From an uncultured Ruminococcus sp. (GTDB taxonomy: Bacteria; Bacillota; Clostridia; Oscillospirales; CAG-272), in NCBI GenBank assembly GCA_900551005.1, contig URUL01000002.1, forward strand, positions 1 to 59,942: DNA of 59,942 nucleotides. Reading direction: 5' to 3'. How positions within the stretch are numbered: the first letter of the stretch is position 1; each line of letters begins with the position of its first letter. Both the position numbers and the translations under genes were made by a program. The notes beneath the pieces were generated by a model. The model made no database searches, was not told the origin of the DNA, and worked only from the letters and a program-made list of their open reading frames with translations. This document shows, in pieces, positions 17,876 to 27,850 of this stretch.

Positions 17876-20800
17876 TTATTTTCTTCGCGCCTTGCTCTTT
17901 GCCCCGGCGCGGCATATTGCTTTGTTTTTGCAATATTTGCATGGGTCGATATCTTTATCCGAAACGGGCTTTGCTCCCGCCTCACCCGAGCGAAGCTGTG
18001 CGGCAAAGGCGAGAACGGTATTCCGCACATCGCCCTTCAGACTTTCAAATTCCTCGGGGGAGAGCAGACCCTTGCCGGAGGTGAGGTTTTTCTCCGTTTT
18101 CGGTATGAATTTCCCCTCGAGTTTTTTCTCCATCCGGCGCAGGATATTCTCGTCATTTATGAGAATACCGCTTTTTACGGGGGCAAGATCGGCGCTTGTA
18201 TCCTCTCCGACATGTCCCGATTTCCGCGGGGGCTTTACGCCTATATAGAGAACGCCGGCGGGAATGGGCTTTTTACCGTACTTCTTTTCGCCGTTTTCGC
18301 AAACGGAAAACAGATAGAGAAGCATTTGCAGGTCGAATCCCTCGCGTATCTTATTCATATCGAAGGTCTTTGTGCCCGTTTTATAATCGGCTATCCGCAC
18401 ATAGAGATTCCCGTCATCGCCCTCAAGCATATCGACACGGTCTATGATACCGCGAAGCTGAACCTTTCCTCTTTTATCTTCGAGCTTCATCGGCGGTATA
18501 TTTCCTTCGCCCGTGCCGATACTTGCTTCGAAATCCACGGCGCGAAAACCGCTCTGGTCAAATTCATGCACCATATCGGAGATGAAAACACCTGCACATT
18601 TACAGAGCTTATCGGAAATATGACGAAGCCTTCCGGAGATAAATTCTTCACCTCCCGCGGTCTTTTTCAGATAATCCTGCGCGCACGCCCGTATGTATAG
18701 ATCTGTTTTTTCGCTGTTGTGCTCACCCGATTCGAGAACATACCTTGCCGCTTCCTCCAGCAGCTTGTGCATGAAGCTTCCTATATCGAGCGCGCCGAAC
18801 TTTATTTTCGAGCAGTCGGCTATCTTCAACTCGTAATCGCAGAAATAAGAAAAGTTGCATCGGATGTATTTTTCCAGCCGCGAATAGCTGATATTCACGC
18901 TCTGCGGGAAAAGCTCCTCTGTACATTCGGGTGAGAGACGGCATTCCTTTGCCGAGAGCGGCTCATTGATATATTTCAGCCGTTGGGCGTACTTTTCGTT
19001 TGAAAGAAAGTATTCGCGCAGCTTGTCCCCGAGTGCTCCGGAAAGAGATGCGGCATATTCCATAGCCGAGAGAGGACGCTCGATAAGATCGACCACGGGT
19101 GTTTCCTCAAAGCGCTCCTCGGAAAGCGCGGGAAACATCTCCAGAATGCGGCGGAGCGGAGCGCATTTTTCTGCCTTTTCTCCGCCGATATATCGAGGAT
19201 AGGTGACAGTCAGCACAGAGGAAGCCGAGCATACGGCTGAATAGAAGAAGAAAAGCTCATCAGCCAGCTTATTTTCAAGCCGCGTGCTGATTTCTATGCC
19301 GACATCGGAAAGAAGCTGTTTTTCATGCTCGGAGAAGAAGCTTTCTTCCGTCACGGTCGCAGGGAAGGAGCCCGCCGCCGCCCCGATGACATAGACGTAT
19401 TTTACATTTTCGGAGTTTGAAGCGCCGGCTTCCGTTATCAGCACCTCATCGACCGATGTGGGGATATTTCCGACGTCCTTATCCTGCGCGATCATCTTCA
19501 GCATGAAGGAAAATCCTTCGCAGGTCACTTCTGTATCACCCGAGCATGCGACGAGGCTGTCCAGCATATCGCAGATAAGCGAATGTGCCTGCGAAAGTTC
19601 AGCCGCTATTCCCGCTTCTCCCGCCTCGGAGAGCGATGCACAGAGCTTCTTTGTATGTTCGGGTATGCGCATATACGATATAAATTCAAAGAGCACGCGG
19701 CAATGCTCGCGCACGTTCTGCTTTTTGCCCGCCTCTCGGCAAAACCTGTGCAGAGGAGAGATCACGGCTTCCTTTACGGCATTTATCTGCGCGAGCTTTT
19801 GCTCAGTTTCTTCGCTTGAAGAAGCGCCGTATCCGTCGGGATTCATGGTCCATGCCATGCCGTCTGTAAAACCTTAGCCGTGTATATTCCAGCGTGTTAT
19901 GTATGTTTCAAAAACACCAAGCGCTTCATCGGGAATATCAAGATGCCCCGTCTTTATATAGGTGATGACGTTTTCGAGGGTAAATCCCCTACGGCATATC
20001 TCGAGCGCGGCAAAAATGAAGCGGACCGGGGCAAGGAGCATGATATCCGAGCGTGCCGAGAGGAAGTACGGTAAGGAGTAGCTCCTGAACATCGCATCGA
20101 CGATCCCCGCATAATCCTCACGTCGGCGTGATATGACAGCAAAATCATGATAGCGCGCACCGAGACGCACTCTTCTTGCTATATCGCAGGCGACGGCTCG
20201 TGCCTCTTCCGTTTTGTTCGCGGCGCAGATTACGCGCAGAGCACTGCATTTATCTCTGTAAACGGGTTTTATCCCCGGCTCGTGCCAGAGATTGAGTGCG
20301 AGATAGGAAAGCTCGGGCGCATCGAAGCGTTTTGCCTCGCGAAGAACGGTATCCGGAGCCGTTTTACAGCCGTTTTCATAGGCAGAGGCACGAAGGCGTC
20401 GGCCGGTTTCGCTGATATTATAGAAAGGGGCAAGCGACTGGTCGTCCGTCGGGTCATATGCGAGGGAGATATATACGTTTTCCGCCTGTCGGAAGATCTG
20501 TGAGATCACCTCGTACTGTTCCTTGGTAAAAAATGCGAAGGAATCGATGAATACATCGCACCCGGAGAAAAAGTCGGAAGAGCGGAGCTTGTCCGCGGCT
20601 TCGGAAAGTGCGGAATCCGGATCATCGTATTTTTCCGAGACGAGAGCATCGTATTCCGCGGCAATGAGCGCGATATCGGAGAGCTTTTCGCTAAGCCTGC
20701 CGTTTTCGGATATTTTTTCCGATGCCTCCATAAGAGCCTTCGGTGTGACCTTGCCGCGGGCCATATCCGTGCGAAGCTTCACAAGCTCAGCCACGGCATT

Positions 20801-21133
20801 CGTATCGGAGTCCGATATACCGCCGTATACGGAGAGCGCCGGTGAAAGAGAGGTGAGGGCACGGCGCATGATGATCTTTTTGGCACCGCTGTCTATGTAT
20901 GTTTTACAGATACCGCCGTATCTGCGGAATACGAAATCGCAGAGGCGCGTGAAGGTGATGATATCCACGTCTGCGCCGAGATTTCGCTTTGCCGCCGAGC
21001 GTTCGGCATTGACCGCCTCTCTGTCGGGAACGAGAAAATAGGCATGTCTGCCGCATGAGACGGTGCGCTCAGCCGCGCTGAAGAGACAGTCGCTTTTTCC
21101 GCTTCCGCTTCTGCCGTATATGAAGCTGACCAT
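17876..21133 (-). pseudogene. addB: ATP-dependent helicase/nuclease subunit AddB (RexB), interrupted by one in-frame TAA at 19874-19876
   Basis: ORF 19874..21133 is the AddB N-terminus (GRSGSGKS Walker A). ORF 17876..19858 is in the same frame and carries the RecB-type nuclease motif (IIDRVD ... VRIADYKTG) and Fe-S cysteines (CKYCKNKAIC). Read-through gives WNIHG*GFTDGMAWTMNP. Confidence 0.85.
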
Positions 21134-21163
21134 AGCCTTTTTCCTCCTTGTATTTGAATCTTT

Positions 21164-21841
21164 TCAATATATATGCATGATGCTCTCAATATCGGGGGAG
21201 CGCAGTAGTTTTTTTAGCCTGAAATAATATCCCGCGTAGATATAGTATACATTATTCCCGACATGGGAAGCGCATACGTCCTTCGCCTTGAAGAGCGAAT
21301 CGCATATCACGAGTATCACGGCGTTTTCACTGAGTGCTTTTGCCGTATCGAGATAATATTTTTCGCTCCTGCCGCGCCGTATATGAAAGAAGATATAGAC
21401 CTTCTTTTCGCTCAGATATTTGCCGAAAAAAGCATTCCACTTGCGATAAAGAAGCAGACCTGCAAGAAAAGCCGATAGCGCCATGAGCAGAAAAACAGGC
21501 AGAGCGACCGCGATGATACTCGCCGCCACGACAAACGCAACGCTGCTGCTCAATATTGCCAAGAGAGATTTTGCAATGAACAAAAAATTAGAGGCAAAGA
21601 CATATTTGCGCAGGACAAACATCACTTTGTCATATACGGCATATGCTGCGCTGCTTTTTATTCGGAGAAGCCAATATGCAAAAAAGCCGGACGAATTTTG
21701 GATGCGCATTTTTCCGCGTATCTTTGCTTGCGTGCCGCCGAGCTTTTCGCCCGATAGAACGTCCACGCGGTGTGCGAGATATTCATTCTGTTTTCTCAGA
21801 CGTCTGTTTTCGCGCCTGAGCGCACGAAGCTCGTTTTTCAT
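21164..21841 (-). CDS. hypothetical membrane protein with basic N-terminal coiled coil
   Basis: 225 aa. MKNELRALRRENRRLRKQNEYLAHRVDVL, then about 3 TM helices and a soluble C-terminal domain. No family recognised. Lies 30 nt upstream of addB. Confidence 0.5.
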   Translation of the reverse strand: MKNELRALRRENRRLRKQNEYLAHRVDVLSGEKLGGTQAKIRGKMRIQNSSGFFAYWLLRIKSSAAYAVYDKVMFVLRKYVFASNFLFIAKSLLAILSSSVAFVVAASIIAVALPVFLLMALSAFLAGLLLYRKWNAFFGKYLSEKKVYIFFHIRRGRSEKYYLDTAKALSENAVILVICDSLFKAKDVCASHVGNNVYYIYAGYYFRLKKLLRSPDIESIMHIY

Positions 21842-21908
21842 AAGACTCTCCGATTTTAAAATAAATCCGACGGGATATATTAAAAATCATGCGTCGTATG
21901 GGAGCTTT

Positions 21909-22742
21909 TTATTCATTTTTGCCGCTTTGCTCCTCGAAAAGAGCGAGATTTCGCAGTATGGTTTTTCTTCCTCGCCAAGAAAAAGCGCGAGAGACAAATT
22001 CTTCATCACTCATGGCGTTTACTTCGTCGCTTGTGAGAAAATTTATCCTTCGGTCATAGAAAAATTCGATCGGCGTTTTCACGCCGCTGTCTATGGCGCG
22101 ACGAACGAGAGGACAGCTTGTCTGGCAGATGTCGCAGCCCCACGCACTGCCATATTTCAGAATGTACGCCTTTTCCTCTTCGGTGAGCTCGCCCTTTTTC
22201 TGCGTTACGGCGGAAAGGCAATCCATGCCGCTTTCCGTCATCGGACAGGCGCGCTTGCATTTTCCGCAGTGCAGGCATCCTTTCGGAGAGAGGTCATGCG
22301 GAATATATCCGAGCTCCTCTGCAGAAACCTCCGAGAGTATCTCTCCTATGAAAACAAACGAACCGTATTTTTCGTTTATCAGCAGGTGATTGTCTCCTAT
22401 AACGCCGAGGCCCGCGCATGCCGCGGTATATGTTTCGGAAAGAGGGGATTTATCGGCAAAGCCCAGGAAACGCTTGCCATAGCTTTCCTCGAGGCGTGTG
22501 CAGATGCGCGAAAACAGGGTGTCGCAGAAGGAATGATAATCGAGGCTTCGCGCATAGAGCGAAATATTGCCCTCTGCACCGTCTCCCGCAATATACGGGA
22601 CGAGAAATATGACGGCGCTTTTTAACCGTGAAATGTCGATTCCTCTGCGGGTAATGATATCAGAGCGGAGAATCTCGCACGCCTCAAAAGGAACGGCGGC
22701 AAAAAACTCTATATTTTCGTCCGAAAAAACTTTTTTTATCAT
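21909..22742 (-). CDS. QueG-like 4Fe-4S protein (DUF1730 + double-cluster ferredoxin; epoxyqueuosine reductase family, short form)
   Basis: 277 aa. CLHCGKCKRACP and WGCDICQTSCP motifs, C-terminal ...RAFSWRGRKTILRN as in QueG. Shorter than canonical QueG. Confidence 0.6.
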   Translation of the reverse strand: MIKKVFSDENIEFFAAVPFEACEILRSDIITRRGIDISRLKSAVIFLVPYIAGDGAEGNISLYARSLDYHSFCDTLFSRICTRLEESYGKRFLGFADKSPLSETYTAACAGLGVIGDNHLLINEKYGSFVFIGEILSEVSAEELGYIPHDLSPKGCLHCGKCKRACPMTESGMDCLSAVTQKKGELTEEEKAYILKYGSAWGCDICQTSCPLVRRAIDSGVKTPIEFFYDRRINFLTSDEVNAMSDEEFVSRAFSWRGRKTILRNLALFEEQSGKNE

Positions 22743-22771
22743 GTTTGGTTTTCCAACTTTTAAAAAACTTC

Positions 22772-22800
22772 TTGATATTTATAACAATATATGGTAGAAT
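22772..22800 (+). promoter_or_regulatory. sigma-A type promoter upstream of the topoisomerase pair (TTGATA, 17-nt spacer, TGgTAGAAT)
   Basis: TTGATA at 22772-22777, extended -10 TG at 22792-22793, TAGAAT at 22795-22800. Leader of about 120 nt contains two short palindromes (TTTCCC..GGGAAA and GGCTTTTAAAAGCC). Identified by eye only. Confidence 0.5.
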
Positions 22801-22925
22801 AAATCAGAATGCTATACTAATTATACTGCTTTTTATAAATAAATCAATATTATTATTGAAATTTCCCACCGAGGGAAAGAAAAAAATGACAGGCTTTTAA
22901 AAGCCGAGAGGAGTTTTCGTAAAAT

Positions 22926-24926
22926 ATGGCGAATAAGAGCAAGGATTACGGCAATAACAGCATATCGTCCATCAAAGGAGCGGACAGAGTGCGCCTTCGT
23001 CCGGCAGTTATTTTCGGCTCGGACGGAATAGACGGATGCCGCCATTCCGTTTTTGAGATAGTATCAAACGCTGTCGATGAGGCAGGGGCAGGCTATGGCA
23101 ATCTGATAAATGTCACCGCCTACAAGGACCTCAGCATCTGCGTCGAGGATTTCGGGCGCGGCGTTCCGCTCGGCTATAATGAAGCCGAGGGCAGATACAA
23201 CTGGGAGCTTGTTTACTGCGAGCTCTATGCAGGCGGAAAATACAATGTCGGAGCGGAAGGTTCTTCCTATGAATTTTCGCTCGGTCTGAACGGACTCGGC
23301 GCCGCCTCCACTCAGTATGCCTCGGAATTTATGCAGGTGCGCTCCTACCGCGACGGCGAAATGTACGAGATGAATTTCAGGCGAGGATGTCCCGTAGGTG
23401 AGCTGACAGCCGTGCCTCTCACAAAAAAGGATAAAAAGACCGGCACTACGGTCTATTGGAAGCCGGACCCGGATGTCTTTACCGATATCAATGTGGGCAA
23501 GGACTATTATACCACGATGCTGGACAGGCAGGCGATGGTAAATCCGGGCGTGAAGTTCGTTTTCAAATGGGAAAATGAGGACGGTACATTCGAGACATAC
23601 GAATATTATTATGAAAACGGTATAGCCGACTATATAGCCGCGGCGGCAGGCGAAACCTCGCTCACCGCCCCTGTCGTCTGGAATATGCAGGACAAGGGAA
23701 GAGACTGCGAAAATCGCGCGGAATACCGCCTCAAGGCGCAGATAGCATTCTGCTTTTCCAATACAACGCATCTGACCGAATATTATCACAATTCGAGCTT
23801 TCTCGAATACGGCGGCTCGCCCGATCGCGCCGTCCGTGCCGCTTTTGTCTATGCGATCGACAAATATCTGCGTCAGACGGGAAAATATTCAAAGAGCGAA
23901 CAGAAGATAAGCTATGCGGATATATCCGATTGCCTGATACTGATCATCAGCAGTTTTTCCACGCAGGCTTCCTATGAAAACCAGACGAAAAAGAGCATCA
24001 CGAATACGTTCATTCAGGAATCGCTGACCAATTTCATGAAGGAAAATCTGGAGATCTATTTCCGCGAAAAGCCTCTGGAGGCGGAAAAAATAGCTTCTCA
24101 GGTACTGATAAACAAGCGAAGCCGCGAGGAAGCGGAGAATGCGCGCGTCAGCGCCAAGAAAAAAATGACGACGGCAAACGACGTCACTAACCGTATCAAC
24201 AAATTCGTCTCCTGTCGCTCCAAAGATCCGACGCGCAGAGAACTGTATATCGTTGAGGGAGATTCGGCTCTCACATCGGTAAAGCTGGGCAGAGATGCGG
24301 AATTTCAGGCGATCATCCCCGTTCGCGGAAAGACATTGAACTGTCTGAAGAGCACCTATAAGAAGATACTCGAAAGCGATATCATCATGGATCTCGTAAA
24401 CGCCATAGGCTGTGGCATGGAGCTGGAAAGCGGGCACAAGGATAATAAAAAATCGCCGATGGCTTTTGACCGCTCGGCTCTCCGCTGGAGCAAGATCATT
24501 ATATGCACCGATGCGGACGAGGACGGCTATCAGATAAGAACGCTTCTGCTCACGCTTTTCTACAGGCTTCTGCCGAAGCTCGTGGATGAAGGGCTTGTAT
24601 TCATAGCGGAATCCCCGCTTTACGAGATAACATGCAAGGATGAGACATATTTTGCCTATGACGAAAAGGAAAAAGCGGAGATAACGGAGAAGCTGAAGGG
24701 CGCGAAATTTACGGTCCAGCGCTCGAAAGGTCTCGGTGAAAACGAGCCGGATATGATGTGGAAAACAACGATGATCCCCGCCACGCGCCGTCTCATTCAG
24801 ATATGCCCGGATGACCGCGAGGCGACGGATTATATTTTCGATACGCTTCTCGGAGACAATCTCAGGGAAAGAAAGGCGTTTATTGCCAAGAACGGAAAAT
24901 TCTATTTTGGGCAGGCGGACGTTTAA
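22926..24926 (+). CDS. type IIA DNA topoisomerase subunit B (GyrB/ParE family, divergent paralogue)
   Basis: 666 aa. GHKL ATPase (EIVSNAVDEAGAGYG), TOPRIM motifs YIVEGDSA and ICTDADEDGYQI, PVRGK. Several motifs deviate from canonical GyrB (EGDSAGG, IMTDADVDG). Confidence 0.85.
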   Translation: MANKSKDYGNNSISSIKGADRVRLRPAVIFGSDGIDGCRHSVFEIVSNAVDEAGAGYGNLINVTAYKDLSICVEDFGRGVPLGYNEAEGRYNWELVYCELYAGGKYNVGAEGSSYEFSLGLNGLGAASTQYASEFMQVRSYRDGEMYEMNFRRGCPVGELTAVPLTKKDKKTGTTVYWKPDPDVFTDINVGKDYYTTMLDRQAMVNPGVKFVFKWENEDGTFETYEYYYENGIADYIAAAAGETSLTAPVVWNMQDKGRDCENRAEYRLKAQIAFCFSNTTHLTEYYHNSSFLEYGGSPDRAVRAAFVYAIDKYLRQTGKYSKSEQKISYADISDCLILIISSFSTQASYENQTKKSITNTFIQESLTNFMKENLEIYFREKPLEAEKIASQVLINKRSREEAENARVSAKKKMTTANDVTNRINKFVSCRSKDPTRRELYIVEGDSALTSVKLGRDAEFQAIIPVRGKTLNCLKSTYKKILESDIIMDLVNAIGCGMELESGHKDNKKSPMAFDRSALRWSKIIICTDADEDGYQIRTLLLTLFYRLLPKLVDEGLVFIAESPLYEITCKDETYFAYDEKEKAEITEKLKGAKFTVQRSKGLGENEPDMMWKTTMIPATRRLIQICPDDREATDYIFDTLLGDNLRERKAFIAKNGKFYFGQADV

Positions 24927-24947
24927 TGGCGCCGAAAGGAGAAAGCA

Positions 24948-27140
24948 ATGGCAAGATCAAAGAAAAAGCATGTGGTGGACGAGCCGCAGGAAACTGCGGA
25001 GGTCACGCTTCAGCCTATAACCGAAACCATTGAGAAAAACTACATGCCGTACGTCATGACGAGCATAATATCCCGCGCTATCCCTGCGATAGCCGGCTTC
25101 AAGCCGTCCCACAGAAAGCTGCTTTATACTATGTATAAGATGGGACTTCTCACGGGCGCCAGAACAAAAAGCGCGAATGTTGTCGGTCAGACGATGCGGC
25201 TCAATCCGCACGGCGATATGGCGATATACGAGACTATGGTTCGATTGACGCGCGGCAATGAGACACTGCTGCATCCGTTTGTTGATTCCAAGGGAAGCTT
25301 CGGAAAGCAATACAGCACGATGGCTTTTGCCGCATCGCGTTATACCGAGGTAAAGCTCGACAAATTTTGCGCCGAGATATTCTCGGGTATTGATAAAAAC
25401 GCGGTCGATTTCGTAGACAACTACGACAGCACCATGCGCGAGCCGACGATATTGCCGACAACATTTCCGAATATACTTGTTTCGCCGAACTCGGGTGTTG
25501 CGGTAGGTATCGCCTGTGAGATAGCATCGTTCAATCTCGCTGAAATATGTGACGGCACGATAGCGGCACTGCGAAATCCCGAGATAACGAGCGAGGAGCT
25601 CTCCGAGCTGATAAAGGCTCCCGATTTTGCGAGTGGTGCTTCGATTATCTATAATAAAGAAGATATACTTTCCATATATGAGACAGGCAGAGGCACTGTC
25701 AATATGCGTTCTCGCTATGTCTATGATAAGGAATCAAACTGCATAGACGTCTTGGAGATTCCTTTCGGCGTGACGATCGAGCAGATCATCACGAAGATCA
25801 CAGACCTTATCAAGCGCGGCGAACTGAAAGAGGTGACGGATGTTCGCGATGAAATAGACCTTCACGGCTTCAAGCTGACGCTGGATCTGCGCCGCGGGGC
25901 AGACCCGGAGAAGGTCATGGCAAAGCTTTTCAAAAAAACACCGCTCGAGAGCGGTTATGCTTGTAATTTCAATGTTATCATCGATAATGAAGCACGTCAG
26001 CTCGGCGTCCGAGAGATATTGCTCGAGTGGATCAAGTTCCGCATGAATTGCTATCGCCGCGAGCTGAGCTTTGATCTGGATAAAAAGAGTGAAAAGCTCC
26101 ATCTGCTCGTCGGACTCGGCACGATACTCCTCGACCTCGACAAGGCGATAAAAATAGTGCGCGAGACGGCGCGCGATAAGGACGTTATCCCGAATCTGAT
26201 GCAGGGCTTCGGTATCGACCAGGTTCAGGCGGAATTTATCGCGGAAATCAAGCTGCGCAATTTCAACCGCGAGTATATCATCGAACGGATAAAGGAAATA
26301 GAATCGCTGAAGAAGGAAATAGAGGAGCTGCGTTCCGTGATCGCTTCCGATGCCAAGATCAAGCGCAGAATCATCAAACAGCTTGAGGAAATAAAGGAAA
26401 AATACGGCATACCGCGCAAAACGATGATCGTTTATGAGGATACGCTTCCGAAATACGACGCACAGAGCTTTATTGAGAATTACAATGTGAAGCTCGTTTT
26501 GACAGAAGAAAGTTATTTCAAAAAAATAACGCTTCAGTCGCTCCGCGGAAATGATGAGCAGAAGCTGAAGGAGGGCGACAGCGTGCTTGAAACGCTCGAT
26601 GCGGAAAATACTTCACAGCTCATGTTTATCGGCTCTCTCGGGAATATGTACCGTGCAAAGGCGAGCGACTTTTCAAACTGCAAGGCAAGCGAGCTGGGCG
26701 ACTATCTGCCTGCCAAGCTGAAATGTGAGGGCGACGAAAAGATAAAGCTGATGCGTGCAGACGTAAATTACGAAAGCGAGGACAATCTCATTTTCGTCTT
26801 TGAAAACGGAAAGGCAGTCCGCATACCGATATCCGCCTATGCCACGAAAGCGCCGAGAAAGAAGCTGGTGAAGGCTTTCAATACAAATTCGCCGCTCGTT
26901 GCCGCCTTCTATGAGCCTGCGGGAAAGAATGTTGACCTCTTCATGCGCTGCGGCAATAAGGGAATAACCGTCAGCTCCAAGCTGATACCGCAGAAAGCCT
27001 CGAGAACATCCGGCGGCGTACAGATATTCACGCTGAAGGCGGGGCAGAAGCTCGAGCTAGCCTCGGTCGATCTCGAAAGATATCCCGAATCCGCCGGTTG
27101 TCGGAAGATAAAGATTCCCGCAACAGGCTCCACTCTTTGA
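24948..27140 (+). CDS. type IIA DNA topoisomerase subunit A (GyrA/ParC family, divergent paralogue)
   Basis: 730 aa. PSHRKLLYTMY, NPHGDMAIYETMVRL, catalytic-tyrosine segment AASRYTEVKL. Short C-terminal beta-pinwheel region without a recognisable GyrA box. Confidence 0.85.
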   Translation: MARSKKKHVVDEPQETAEVTLQPITETIEKNYMPYVMTSIISRAIPAIAGFKPSHRKLLYTMYKMGLLTGARTKSANVVGQTMRLNPHGDMAIYETMVRLTRGNETLLHPFVDSKGSFGKQYSTMAFAASRYTEVKLDKFCAEIFSGIDKNAVDFVDNYDSTMREPTILPTTFPNILVSPNSGVAVGIACEIASFNLAEICDGTIAALRNPEITSEELSELIKAPDFASGASIIYNKEDILSIYETGRGTVNMRSRYVYDKESNCIDVLEIPFGVTIEQIITKITDLIKRGELKEVTDVRDEIDLHGFKLTLDLRRGADPEKVMAKLFKKTPLESGYACNFNVIIDNEARQLGVREILLEWIKFRMNCYRRELSFDLDKKSEKLHLLVGLGTILLDLDKAIKIVRETARDKDVIPNLMQGFGIDQVQAEFIAEIKLRNFNREYIIERIKEIESLKKEIEELRSVIASDAKIKRRIIKQLEEIKEKYGIPRKTMIVYEDTLPKYDAQSFIENYNVKLVLTEESYFKKITLQSLRGNDEQKLKEGDSVLETLDAENTSQLMFIGSLGNMYRAKASDFSNCKASELGDYLPAKLKCEGDEKIKLMRADVNYESEDNLIFVFENGKAVRIPISAYATKAPRKKLVKAFNTNSPLVAAFYEPAGKNVDLFMRCGNKGITVSSKLIPQKASRTSGGVQIFTLKAGQKLELASVDLERYPESAGCRKIKIPATGSTL

Positions 27141-27161
27141 TTTTCGTGAACGGAGGTTTCT

Positions 27162-27785
27162 ATGAAAATACTGATAGTTTCCGATGACAGAGTATATGCG
27201 CGGATGCTGTTTCTCAGCATCACCGAGAAGGGCGCAGAGGTGCAGATGAGATCTCCTCTTGAGCTTCCGTCGGAGGATAAATACGATATGGCACTGCTGG
27301 ATGCAGGTTGCTTTTCCGCTTCCGACAAGCTACAGGAGGTGCCTGTGATCCTTTACGGTACGGATGAACAGCTGCGCATGCTCGGCGATGAAGAGCTTTC
27401 GCACTTCTTTATCCTGCCCAGACCTTTTCGCATGGAGGAGCTTTACGGTGTTATCTTCTCGGGGCGCAGCGAGCGTACAGAGAAAGATGTTTCCAAAAGA
27501 AAGCTCGGCATAGTGATGGACGGGACAAAGCGGTGCGTCTATATCAAAGGAGAAAAGGTTTTTCTCTCGCGCAGGGAGTTCAATCTTTTCGCGCTTCTTA
27601 TGGAAAACAGAGGCAGCCCTGTTTCCAGAGAGGAGGCAAATGCCGTTTTCCTCGGGGAGGACGGAGAGCTTAAGAGCAATGTCGTCGACGTATATATCAA
27701 ATATCTGCGCGAAAAAATAGATGAAAGATTTGATATCAAGCTGATAAAGACCGTCCGCGGAGCGGGCTATATGATAAGCCTGTAA
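27162..27785 (+). CDS. OmpR/PhoB-type winged-helix regulator with short, atypical receiver domain (orphan)
   Basis: 207 aa. N-terminal receiver-like region (D8 D9, D47) but ILPRPF instead of the K-P-F motif. C-terminal Trans_reg_C (REFNLFALLMEN ... VDVYIKYLREKI ... TVRGAGYMI). No histidine kinase anywhere in the window. Confidence 0.8.
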   Translation: MKILIVSDDRVYARMLFLSITEKGAEVQMRSPLELPSEDKYDMALLDAGCFSASDKLQEVPVILYGTDEQLRMLGDEELSHFFILPRPFRMEELYGVIFSGRSERTEKDVSKRKLGIVMDGTKRCVYIKGEKVFLSRREFNLFALLMENRGSPVSREEANAVFLGEDGELKSNVVDVYIKYLREKIDERFDIKLIKTVRGAGYMISL

Positions 27786-27850
27786 TATCTCGGGGTCAAG
27801 TTCCATATCGGCAAAATTGCGGCAAGATCTATGCAGGAGGAGGGCGAAAA

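Noticed and set aside
19874-19876. Possibility that the in-frame TAA in addB reflects stop-codon reassignment
   Set aside because: TAA terminates rseP, polC and hup in this same window at the expected protein lengths, and the other long genes show no internal TAA. A recoded genetic code is therefore not supported.
21483-22625. 380-aa plus-strand ORF spanning two minus-strand genes
   Set aside because: It overlaps both the membrane-protein gene and the QueG-like gene on the opposite strand, crosses their intergenic gap, and is Arg/Ala/Phe-rich with no motifs. The minus-strand genes have clear Fe-S motifs and TM helices.
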